Part shown: piece by piece, positions 12,663 to 23,559 of the stretch | How the letters are laid out: the number at the start of each line of letters is the position of its first letter | Position numbering within the stretch: position 1 is the first letter of the stretch | Assembly: GCA_009602735.1 (NCBI GenBank) | Contig: WELA01000694.1 | Span: 597,042-635,161, forward strand | DNA length: 38,120 nucleotides | Direction of reading: 5' to 3' | Source of the DNA: Mesotaenium endlicherianum | Taxonomy: Eukaryota | Position numbers and translations under genes: made by a program | Notes under the pieces: generated by a model | What the model saw: only the letters and a program-made list of their open reading frames with translations | Database searches by the model: none | What the model was told of the DNA's origin: nothing

Positions 12663-13991
12663 AGTGTGGCGTGCTCTCTCCCTCAAGCGTTGGGGCCTTC
12701 TTGCTTGTGCTTGTGCTCCCTGCTTGGATGCGGATGTGTGGGTGCTTTATTGTACAGACGCTCTTTGGTGTGGTTCTAGTCTGCTGTAGAGTGCAAGCCG
12801 GGTGGTTCCTGCTGTAGACTATAGACGTGAGTGCATCCACTGCGATGTTTTTTGCTGACGTGGGCCAACGCGGGCCTCCTATGCTTTGTATAGAAGAGTG
12901 GAGACATTTTTCAGGTGTTAGGATAGGGAGGGGAACTTCAGCTTACTGTGTCAGCTTACTGTCTCACAAGTATGAAGTACCAATGGACCAGGGGGCCAGA
13001 CCCATCATGCAACTACTCACTGTGTGGAGAATTGCGATTTCTCAACTTCAATGAGAGTTGGATGTGTCGTGTGAGCATACACGTAGACTCTCCACATAAG
13101 AGCAGAAGCTTCATGTGCTGTTTACTAAATTCCTCATGTTCAGAGTTTTGGACCGATGGTGGATCATCTCAATATGTGTCTTGCTCTGACCTTGTGGCGT
13201 AACAAAATTTACAAGTGGTCAGTCAACCTATTTTTCCTACATACAATTATTCATTAGACTTTGTATGTGCAATTTCATTATACGCACGTACATTTTCATC
13301 CCTTGGCATCCCTTAGCCAATCCAAGGGTATTCTATGTTGTCTTATAAGATAAAGTTAATGCCAGTTGTGCATAAGAACGTTACAGCCTTAGGGGACATG
13401 CAGACAAACTAATTGCGGGACCAAGTTGATAGCAATGAACACAATTGACAAGATTTTTGGAGGTTTGCACGTACTTTACACCAGCCACCGATTCAGGCAA
13501 ATAGAATTAGGATATGTTTAAAAAAGAGCATACATTAACGTGTGTTTACTTTTACTATACAACGGGAGTTGATCGACGGTGAACGTTCAGAACTCCGACT
13601 GTGACCGCATGCCTAACTTTTGCAGGTCGCCCTATTGGCGGGGGTCCTCTCAACACAGATGATTCCTGGAGCTGACACCAACACGAGGTCTGGCCAGTCT
13701 AGCAAAGTTGTACAAAAATAACTCTGAACAGCACCTTGCATTAAAAAGTACGCATGATTGTTGGTAGGCTCGTACCACGGTAACCAAGAATTATAGCAAA
13801 CCTAGTAACTATGTATAGAGTTGTCGTTGGAAGGGGGGTGCATGATAGGCGAAGACAATAAAGCGTCCGGGGTAGGGGAGTGAGGGGCGGGGGGAGGGGA
13901 CGGGATCACTGGTGGAGGGAGTGAGTCCCGGGGGGAGGGAGAGAATTGCCAAGAGAATTAGTTGAGTGACAGGGTGAGGGGAGATTCAGAA

Positions 13992-14321
13992 CTATGTCTG
14001 CATATAAGCTGGTTGCCCAAGCAAAATGGTCCTCTTGGACCTGTCCCTCTTCACTTTTATGCCAAGCACAAACTCCACCTCCTCGAGATCCTTCATATCA
14101 TGTGTGCGGCTCAGCACATCCTTCATCTTCCGAATCTTAAACTCCACCTCCTTGAGATCCTTCATATCATATGTGCGACTCGGCACATCCTTCATTTTCC
14201 GGATCTCCTCCATCATCTTCCCCACCAGCAATAGATCATCCACATAGAGCACCAACATCACCCTATCTTCTCCAATTTCCTTCATGTAGAGGCTGCTGTC
14301 TGTCTGCATTTGAAGAGCCAC
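13992..14321 (-). mobile_element. Ty1/copia reverse transcriptase fragment (relic)
   Basis: DSSLY...LVLYVDDLLL...DMKDLEEVEFVLGIKVKRDR...LGQPAY, a typical copia RT; contains a 69-bp internal duplication. Confidence 0.88.
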
Positions 14322-14554
14322 TCGAAGAGGATTGAACTCAAAAAATTGCTATTTACTAGGGACCAAGTCCCACTTTCGACTACGCCTCACCAAAGGTTCT
14401 CCCAACGTCACCAAGTGGACCCCTCCAAGCCCACTTTAAGTGGACGAGGCCCGGACACTCCCCCCGAACAGGAGATGTTTGTATCAAGCGGCGCGCTTAT
14501 CATACGCCTAGAGTGCACACATTCACCTATCTCCGTTGTGTATTGACCCTCAGG

Positions 14555-14976
14555 TTATCCACCGCCGTCCGCCCCGACCTTGCCCCCGCCCCCTCCCCGA
14601 CCACTGCCGGGGCCCGTCCTCGGCTGCGCGTGCTGAAGCTTGGGGACGAGGCGAGGAGCCGTCGGGTCGCTGCTGATGTCCCCGTCGCGACAGGTGGCGG
14701 TCCCCTCGGCCTCCCTGAGCCTGTGGATGTCGAGCGATAGCGGCGACCCCGCGGTGCCGAAGAAGTACTTGGCGCGCGCGGCGATGAGCTTGTTGGCGAG
14801 CAGCACGGCGGGCGGGTTGTCGTCGTGGTGGAGGCGGCTCCACTCGCCGACCCACGGGAGCGCCTGCCCCACGTAGCCGCTGGGCGAGAGCGCGCGCGGA
14901 TGGGCCTCGTCGAAGCCCAGGTGCGGCATCGTGATGACCACCAGGCGCTCGCCGTCGAGGTCGAGCTGCTCCTGCC
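14555..14976 (-). CDS. terminal exon of an O-fucosyltransferase-family (plant OFUT/POFUT2-like) gene
   Basis: GC3-rich; LLANKLIAARAKYFFGTAGSPLSLDIHRLR...ATCRD resembles the O-FucT C-terminal motif (DK.ICA....FIG..GSTF..DI.RLR); cgtgcag acceptor; (CA)n intron upstream; TAA at 14555-14557. Confidence 0.65.
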
Positions 14977-15659
14977 CTGCACGGAGCAGGATGCGGGAGG
15001 CGAGTGTGAAGAGGCCGTCACACACTCGCACACGATTGGGTGCGTGAAAGCGTGCGCTGTGAGCGCGTGCATGTGTGTGTGTGTGTGTGTGTGTGAGTGT
15101 GTGTGTGTGCGCGCGCGCGCGCGCTTTAACTGCCAGAGCACTGGCCGGTTGGCCAATGGCTGGTGGCTGGCAGACTTACCTCTGAGCGCAGGCATGTGCT
15201 CTTGCTCATGCTCATGCTCACCCTTGCATGCCAATAGATGGGCCGAGAGCCCCTCTTCGACAGCAACCACTGGTCATATCAGCCCATATTCTGCCACTTG
15301 CCTGGTCAACTCCAATGCAGCCAGCTTGGTTCTCCTGCCCCGTCACAGCTCACTGGAAAGACGGGCAGCAGGCCAGGGTCCCTCCTCCACCCTTTGGCCC
15401 GCGTCCCGTAGAAGCTCCCCTGGGAAGGTACCCAGATATTGCTAAAGCCGTTGGATCAATGCCGAGGCCGCAGCCAAAGAGGAGGAGGAGGAGAAGGGAG
15501 AGGCGAGAAGAGGAGAGAAAAGGAGAGGAGAGGAGAAGAGGAAGGAGGAGAGCAACCCACCAGAAGCGGGGGCATAGTGAACTCCAGAGACGGGCGGAGG
15601 GGGGGAAGAGGGGACGGAGATTGTCAGCCGGGGCCAGCTGGCGGCGGTGCTATTTTGCC

Positions 15660-15962
15660 ACTATACTAATACTAACATACTTCCTGCAATCCCTATGACA
15701 AAGGTCCATATCCTACTAACTTGTGCCCTGGTTACATGTGCAGGATGGCGCCCACCACACAAAAGGAGGACAGAAAGCGCAAGGCAGAAGAAGCCAGGAG
15801 GACAATGGAGCAATACCAGAAGGAGCTGGCGGCGACGTCCCTCACCAGGAGAGAACAAGAAAGGGTCCGCAAACAACAAGAGGCGGCAGAAGAGGCACAG
15901 AGGAAGAAGGATCAGGAAGCGGAAAACCTCAGGAAGGCTGAGGAGGAGAGACAGAAGAAACA
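15660..15962 (+). mobile_element. family X extra-ORF 5' fragment running into a gap
   Basis: MAPTTQKEDRKRK... same as 20876 onward, with about four substitutions. Confidence 0.75.
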
Positions 15963-16788
15963 NNNNNNNNNNNNNNNNNNNNNNNNNNNNNNNNNNNNNN
16001 NNNNNNNNNNNNNNNNNNNNNNNNNNNNNNNNNNNNNNNNNNNNNNNNNNNNNNNNNNNNNNNNNNNNNNNNNNNNNNAAGAAATCCTACAGAAGAAAGG
16101 CCCCCGGGTCTCCTCCTCCCCGCCCCTGCCCCCATTGTTGGGAGGGCCCCCGTCACTTCCCTCCTCTTTTGGGGCTATTTGATACGCGCGAGCTCTTTCT
16201 TTGGAGGTTAGCATGTGATCATTGCAAAGCCTATACATGAGGTTGCTGCCGTTGCTGCACCTGCAGAGCTGCAGCCGCACACGTCGGCATCGTCCTCCTG
16301 CCTACTGCCCATGCGGCGGCACGCTCTCCTGGTCATCAGAGGGTCGGCCTCGCTGGCGGCTGGCCAGGTTGAGCAAATTGATGCATATCGGCGATGCTGG
16401 GTGTCACAGCCCCTGCCTGATGAAGCTCTTCGCAGAGAAGAGTCCCAAGTTTTGTGTGCTGCTTCACGACCTCTGTCAACACAGACACACACACACACAC
16501 GCACGCACACACAAAACAGCAACAACGTCGTCCCTTACCCTCGCCATGCCGCTGCTCCTCCGTTGACTATGTTCTGCACGCACGCTGGCCGGCTGTATGG
16601 CAGGCAGGATAGCTGTTGCTCTTTCCTTCACTCATGCAACGCTTCACATAGATGCCAGGCCTGACCGTGAACTGGCTCAGCCTCGCGTCGAGGAACGCCC
16701 GTGGCTGGAAGCCTCAGGCGAGCCCTTTGCGGTCACTCTCATAGAATTCCCTGACGGAGTGAGGCGTTCCTCTGGTGTGCGGGTGCAG

Positions 16789-17793
16789 AACCTGTCCTCG
16801 CTGGCGGAGTCCTTCACGTCCCCGGAAGCCGCCTCCCTCAGGTGGCGCCTGGCCACGGCTCTCGCGGACGCTCTTCCGTCCCTTCTGATGACAGCGTCGC
16901 CCCCCGCCTGGCTTCAGATCCCCAAGAGGCCGAAAATGCTGAGCTCGCGCATCCACATGCTGAGCTCAGCATATCTTGCCGCCCCACCCGCTCTCCCCGG
17001 TGCCGACTCATCAGCCACTGCCAGCAGCAGCAGCAGCAGCGCACTTGTTGAGGGCGCCCCGGCAGACCCACAGAATGTGCACGTGCATGATGCACACCCC
17101 ATACGAGGAGACTCCGAATTGCTGGCGCAGCCGGACGCTTCATCAGTGGGCAGCGCTCCAGCCTCCAATGCCGGCGATGAGTCTCTGCCGTCGCCTGCCG
17201 CGGCCGCAGCTGCTGCAGATCTGCAAGGACTTGCCGCAGAAGCAGCAGGAGGAGAAAACGGCGCCCTCGGGGAAGACGCACTGGCACCTGCATGGGTGGG
17301 CCCCCTGGCAACGGCGGGCACGCCGCGTGCGGGCTTGACGAGCCCAGACGACGTTGTTGGTGGCAACGTTGGAAGGGAGGTGGAGAGCAGCAGGGGCGGC
17401 GGCGGCGGCGGGGCCGCTGCGGAGCTGCCAAGTGTGAGGGAGGCGGCAAACGTGGTGGGCCTGCTGCCCCTGCCGCCACGTGGCAGCGAGCGCGTGCGCA
17501 AAAAGCGCCTCTGGTTCATGCTGCGGGCCCTGCTGGCGAGGCTCAGGTGCGGCCCGCTGCTGTCACTCAAGCTGGCCCTCGCCGCCGTAAGCGTCGTTCT
17601 GGGAGCCATCGCTCTGGCGGTGGGCAGGGCTGTGGCCGTCTTTGTGGCGCGTGTCGCCGGCCGGGAGCGCGGGAGGGCCACTGAGCCGGCCCCCGTTGAC
17701 GTGGAGAGAGCACCCAATGCGGAGAGAGGACCCACCGTTGGGTTTGAGCCAGAGCCGTACGGGCCGCCGCTGGGCCCTCCTCAGCCAGCCTAG
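16789..17793 (+). CDS. ABC1K4: duplicate copy of the ABC1 kinase terminal exon (inside the 5-kb duplication)
   Basis: identical translation to 11658-12662. Confidence 0.55.
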   Translation, partial: NLSSLAESFTSPEAASLRWRLATALADALPSLLMTASPPAWLQIPKRPKMLSSRIHMLSSAYLAAPPALPGADSSATASSSSSSALVEGAPADPQNVHVHDAHPIRGDSELLAQPDASSVGSAPASNAGDESLPSPAAAAAAADLQGLAAEAAGGENGALGEDALAPAWVGPLATAGTPRAGLTSPDDVVGGNVGREVESSRGGGGGGAAAELPSVREAANVVGLLPLPPRGSERVRKKRLWFMLRALLARLRCGPLLSLKLALAAVSVVLGAIALAVGRAVAVFVARVAGRERGRATEPAPVDVERAPNAERGPTVGFEPEPYGPPLGPPQPA

Positions 17794-19122
17794 AGTGTGG
17801 CGTGCTCTCTCCCTCAAGCGTTGGGGCCTTCTTGCTTGTGCTTGTGCTCCCTGCTTGGATGCGGATGTGTGGGTGCTTTATTGTACAGACGCTCTTTGGT
17901 GTGGTTCTAGTCTGCTGTAGAGTGCAAGCCGGGTGGTTCCTGCTGTAGACTATAGACGTGAGTGCATCCACTGCGATGTTTTTTGCTGACGTGGGCCAAC
18001 GCGGGCCTCCTATGCTTTGTATAGAAGAGTGGAGACATTTTTCAGGTGTTAGGATAGGGAGGGGAACTTCAGCTTACTGTGTCAGCTTACTGTCTCACAA
18101 GTATGAAGTACCAATGGACCAGGGGGCCAGACCCATCATGCAACTACTCACTGTGTGGAGAATTGCGATTTCTCAACTTCAATGAGAGTTGGATGTGTCG
18201 TGTGAGCATACACGTAGACTCTCCACATAAGAGCAGAAGCTTCATGTGCTGTTTACTAAATTCCTCATGTTCAGAGTTTTGGACCGATGGTGGATCATCT
18301 CAATATGTGTCTTGCTCTGACCTTGTGGCGTAACAAAATTTACAAGTGGTCAGTCAACCTATTTTTCCTACATACAATTATTCATTAGACTTTGTATGTG
18401 CAATTTCATTATACGCACGTACATTTTCATCCCTTGGCATCCCTTAGCCAATCCAAGGGTATTCTATGTTGTCTTATAAGATAAAGTTAATGCCAGTTGT
18501 GCATAAGAACGTTACAGCCTTAGGGGACATGCAGACAAACTAATTGCGGGACCAAGTTGATAGCAATGAACACAATTGACAAGATTTTTGGAGGTTTGCA
18601 CGTACTTTACACCAGCCACCGATTCAGGCAAATAGAATTAGGATATGTTTAAAAAAGAGCATACATTAACGTGTGTTTACTTTTACTATACAACGGGAGT
18701 TGATCGACGGTGAACGTTCAGAACTCCGACTGTGACCGCATGCCTAACTTTTGCAGGTCGCCCTATTGGCGGGGGTCCTCTCAACACAGATGATTCCTGG
18801 AGCTGACACCAACACGAGGTCTGGCCAGTCTAGCAAAGTTGTACAAAAATAACTCTGAACAGCACCTTGCATTAAAAAGTACGCATGATTGTTGGTAGGC
18901 TCGTACCACGGTAACCAAGAATTATAGCAAACCTAGTAACTATGTATAGAGTTGTCGTTGGAAGGGGGGTGCATGATAGGCGAAGACAATAAAGCGTCCG
19001 GGGTAGGGGAGTGAGGGGCGGGGGGAGGGGACGGGATCACTGGTGGAGGGAGTGAGTCCCGGGGGGAGGGAGAGAATTGCCAAGAGAATTAGTTGAGTGA
19101 CAGGGTGAGGGGAGATTCAGAA

Positions 19123-19452
19123 CTATGTCTGCATATAAGCTGGTTGCCCAAGCAAAATGGTCCTCTTGGACCTGTCCCTCTTCACTTTTATGCCAAGCAC
19201 AAACTCCACCTCCTCGAGATCCTTCATATCATGTGTGCGGCTCAGCACATCCTTCATCTTCCGAATCTTAAACTCCACCTCCTTGAGATCCTTCATATCA
19301 TATGTGCGACTCGGCACATCCTTCATTTTCCGGATCTCCTCCATCATCTTCCCCACCAGCAATAGATCATCCACATAGAGCACCAACATCACCCTATCTT
19401 CTCCAATTTCCTTCATGTAGAGGCTGCTGTCTGTCTGCATTTGAAGAGCCAC
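19123..19452 (-). mobile_element. duplicate of the Ty1/copia RT fragment
   Basis: identical to 13992-14321. Confidence 0.85.
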
Positions 19453-19685
19453 TCGAAGAGGATTGAACTCAAAAAATTGCTATTTACTAGGGACCAAGTC
19501 CCACTTTCGACTACGCCTCACCAAAGGTTCTCCCAACGTCACCAAGTGGACCCCTCCAAGCCCACTTTAAGTGGACGAGGCCCGGACACTCCCCCCGAAC
19601 AGGAGATGTTTGTATCAAGCGGCGCGCTTATCATACGCCTAGAGTGCACACATTCACCTATCTCCGTTGTGTATTGACCCTCAGG

Positions 19686-20107
19686 TTATCCACCGCCGTC
19701 CGCCCCGACCTTGCCCCCGCCCCCTCCCCGACCACTGCCGGGGCCCGTCCTCGGCTGCGCGTGCTGAAGCTTGGGGACGAGGCGAGGAGCCGTCGGGTCG
19801 CTGCTGATGTCCCCGTCGCGACAGGTGGCGGTCCCCTCGGCCTCCCTGAGCCTGTGGATGTCGAGCGATAGCGGCGACCCCGCGGTGCCGAAGAAGTACT
19901 TGGCGCGCGCGGCGATGAGCTTGTTGGCGAGCAGCACGGCGGGCGGGTTGTCGTCGTGGTGGAGGCGGCTCCACTCGCCGACCCACGGGAGCGCCTGCCC
20001 CACGTAGCCGCTGGGCGAGAGCGCGCGCGGATGGGCCTCGTCGAAGCCCAGGTGCGGCATCGTGATGACCACCAGGCGCTCGCCGTCGAGGTCGAGCTGC
20101 TCCTGCC
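19686..20107 (-). CDS. duplicate copy of the O-fucosyltransferase-like terminal exon
   Basis: identical to 14555-14976. Confidence 0.62.
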
Positions 20108-20875
20108 CTGCACGGAGCAGGATGCGGGAGGCGAGTGTGAAGAGGCCGTCACACACTCGCACACGATTGGGTGCGTGAAAGCGTGCGCTGTGAGCGCGTG
20201 CATGTGTGTGTGTGTGTGTGTGTGTGAGTGTGTGTGTGTGCGCGCGCGCGCGCGCTTTAACTGCCAGAGCACTGGCCGGTTGGCCAATGGCTGGTGGCTG
20301 GCAGACTTACCTCTGAGCGCAGGCATGTGCTCTTGCTCATGCTCATGCTCACCCTTGCATGCCAATAGATGGGCCGAGAGCCCCTCTTCGACAGCAACCA
20401 CTGGTCATATCAGCCCATATTCTGCCACTTGCCTGGTCAACTCCAATGCAGCCAGCTTGGTTCTCCTGCCCCGTCACAGCTCACTGGAAAGACGGGCAGC
20501 AGGCCAGGGTCCCTCCTCCACCCTTTGGCCCGCGTCCCGTAGAAGCTCCCCTGGGAAGGTACCCAGATATTGCTAAAGCCGTTGGATCAATGCCGAGGCC
20601 GCAGCCAAAGAGGAGGAGGAGGAGAAGGGAGAGGCGAGAAGAGGAGAGAAAAGGAGAGGAGAGGAGAAGAGGAAGGAGGAGAGCAACCCACCAGAAGCGG
20701 GGGCATAGTGAACTCCAGAGACGGGCGGAGGGGGGGAAGAGGGGACGGAGATTGTCAGCCGGGGCCAGCTGGCGGCGGTGCTATTTTGCCACTATACTAA
20801 TACTAACATACTTCCTGCAATCCCTATGACAAAGGTCCATATCCTACTAACTTGTGCCCTGGTTACATGTGCAGG

Positions 20876-22552
20876 ATGGCGCCCACCACACAAAAGGAGG
20901 ACAGAAAGCGCAAGGCAGAAGAAGCCAGGAGGACACTGGAGCAATACCAGAAGGAGCTGGCGGCGACGTCCCTCGCCAGGAGAGAACAAGAAAGGGTCCG
21001 CAGACAACAAGAGGCGGCAGAAGAGGCACAGAGGAAGAAGGATCAGGAAGCGGAAAACCTCAGGAAAGCTGAGGAGGAGAGACAGAAGAAACAACAAGAG
21101 GAAGCAGCAGCGGCAGAGGAGGAGGGAAGGAAAAAGATTGAAGCGGACAGACAGAAGAGCTTGGCCACTTACAGGTATACTGTGGTGGGTGGCCAAAACT
21201 TTGATAACCTGAAGGAAGCATTGCTGGCAGCCCAGGAGATCAACAAGCTGGAACAGACAACACTGCTACAGAAGGAAGGGACTGCAGCACTGGATAGGTG
21301 CATTGAGACACACACCGGTGTGGTCCTTTACGAAGATTATGCTAAGATGGTGGGCTATACAGCGGAGCAGGCCCGGTATCTCGCAGATGATTCAGAGGAC
21401 AAGCCGGTCCCCATACCGGGAATAGTGGAAGATCAGAGACTCATCCGGATGGTGAGCATGCGGCCCGATAGCTTTAAGGATACGGTATTCTACCTCACAC
21501 TACTGCCAGCTTACAATGAAGTCGAGAGAAGGAGCTGGGAGTACTTGGCCAGGTTAGCAGGACAGCAGATGTTCTCTCCCAACTGGTTCCCGTGTAAACT
21601 GAGGAAGGCTGAGCACGGACCCCAGTACTACCAGCAGCCAACAGACGGGAGGTGGATGACCGTCACAAATAAGAAGCAGGAGTGTGACCGAGCCCAACCG
21701 GATGACTTCCACTATGGCCTAGACGGCTATCTCATCCTACCACCTCACATTGCCCCTTGGGACCCCAGGCTGAATGGATGCCTGAGCAATATGAATGCAG
21801 AGACCAAGGAACATAGGAGGAGGGGAAGAGACTACTTCTCTAAGGGAAAGCATGCCTTTGTCAAATGGGCCAAGAATGCAGGCCGGATAGATATCAGTAG
21901 GCTGAAGGCCAAGTAACCTCCAGCGCGCCCTAAGAAAGGGAGGTCGATAGACTACTCCATGTCTACTAGGGAGCAGGACGACTTAGTGGACGAGACCCCT
22001 ACTCTCTCCGAGGAGGAGGATGAGGAGGATGAGGAAGAAGAACAAGGCAAAGGAGAAGCATCAGCAGCAGGTACTCAGGATACCCAGGGATAGGCAGTGG
22101 CACTTCCTATAGAACCACGATCAGGTGTTTGGAATGTGATCCCCGTTATGGCGACAACTGGACCCCGCGCTCGCTCCCCCAGTCCACCTGCCCAAGCAGG
22201 GGAAGAAGCTGATCTGACTGTACTGGGCAGCAGACACAGACAGAAATCCCCAGAGGACAGGGGTGCCAGAAGAGGGACACGCGGGTGGGCCAGAGGTATG
22301 CCAGCCTCCCCCTCCGCTCAGGGGCATGTACCTCTAGCCAATGTATTTCAGCATCCTACTGGAATGCCTGTCTATGTGGGAATCAACACCCAAGTGGTTG
22401 AAGAGCAGGCCACCATCCTCCGTTCTCCTCGAGGGCCAACTTTAGAGCAAACAGGGTTCTTTAGAAGGCCAGCTGACAGACCTAGAGGGCTGTCCAGATC
22501 TAGGTCCAGATCTCCGTCTCCTGACCCTGAAGCCCCAGGAACAACCCCTTAA
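20876..22552 (+). pseudogene. family X extra ORF (~558 aa reconstructed), unknown function; two premature stops in this copy
   Basis: ORFs 20852-21916 and 22097-22552 are in one frame; TAA 21914 and TAG 22091 read CAA and CAG in copies B and C. Confidence 0.85.
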
Positions 22553-22629
22553 GGTGACACGCTGAAGAGGCAGTCAGTAAGGGAGGCTGGTCAGGTTCAG
22601 TTCCCTTATTTAAAATTTCTGCAGTTTAA

Positions 22630-22665
22630 TGTTGTCGAGGCGACAACAAGTTAAGTTGGAGGGAT
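22630..22665 (+). promoter_or_regulatory. hairpin plus short polypurine tract before the 3' LTR
   Basis: TGTTGTCG-agg-CGACAACA (22630-22648), then AAGTTGGAGGGAT directly before TGTAATG; conserved in copy B (32472-32507). Confidence 0.7.
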
Positions 22666-23388
22666 TGTAATGAATCAGTATATTAGTGGATATAATATTC
22701 ATTTAAATATAATAGTTAATTAAGTTCAGCCTGCTGAACTTTAGTTAATAGTCAGTCTGCTGGACTTTACATAATTATCAGTTTGATGACTCAGTCGAAA
22801 GCAGCAGGCTGAAAGTCCATATAAGTCAGCTTGCTGACACATTCTTTGACAGCAAGCTGACTTCCGTACTCGGTAGCAGCGAACTGCCTTGATATGCATC
22901 TAAGTGCGATATGCTAGATGAATGGCCAAATGACATCCCTATGATGGATGGCTATTCGGGATGATGGGAGATGGCGGTGGATTTGGTTAACCGAGGTCCT
23001 ACCAACGTGGTTAACTCCCGGGTAGGCGGTGCCATCGCACTGACCGTTGAACAGTAAACTCATTCCATGTACATACGCTAGGCATTGCTCTCGAGTTCGG
23101 CATTCGGAGACGAGGCCAACTCTCTTGTACAGCTTACTGAGAGAGAGATCTTGAATCCAAGGCGAGAAGCTATTGATACGCACTGTCTTTTAACCTTGCT
23201 TATGTATGAGTTTACTGATTTGCATCATTGATGCTAGTTTACCCGCATTTGACTTACGAGTATTATTCCCTGCTAGTGTATTGTTCTTTGCCGTTTAACC
23301 AGTTCACGGAAATACCATAAAGATTACTTGCTGATATGAAGATCTTTATTAATTGTTAATTGCCTATTTGGTAAGTCGATTCATTTCA
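22666..23388 (+). repeat. family X LTR (723 bp, 3' LTR of copy A)
   Basis: TGTAATGAATC...GATTCATTTCA terminal inverted repeat; homologous to three other copies in the window. Confidence 0.92.
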
Positions 23389-23559
23389 ACCTCCTTGAGA
23401 CAGAATTCGCACTTGCTCATCTTCCCATATAACTTTTGATCTCTCAAGACCTCCAACACCTTCCTCAAATGCTCCACATGCTCTTCCAAGGTCTTCGAAT
23501 AGATCAGGATGTCGTCCAAAAACACCACCACAAACTGGTCCAAGTAGGGTCTGAAGATA

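Larger units (their letters stand above)
10948..21093. repeat. ~5.0-kb direct duplication (10948-15962 = 16079-21093, offset 5131) across an N gap
   Basis: both copies begin immediately after N runs with aagaaatcctacag; ORF translations identical except for the last ~160 bp. Confidence 0.92.
20790..23388 (+). mobile_element. family X LTR retroelement copy A (5'-truncated): extra ORF, hairpin/PPT, 3' LTR
   Basis: colinear with 34350-31751 on -; ends in a TG...CA LTR abutting an interrupted gypsy RT. Confidence 0.85.

Noticed and set aside
20876..22552. Envelope glycoprotein or gag identity for the extra ORF
   Set aside because: No signal peptide, transmembrane helix or CCHC knuckle; it lies after integrase and before the PPT.
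22819..22826. TATA box in the family X LTR
   Set aside because: ATATAAG is seen only in copy A; the other copies read CTTAAG.
22722..22863. CRISPR-like array of palindromic repeats
   Set aside because: Degenerate units with no unique spacers, inside an LTR in a eukaryotic context, and no cas genes.
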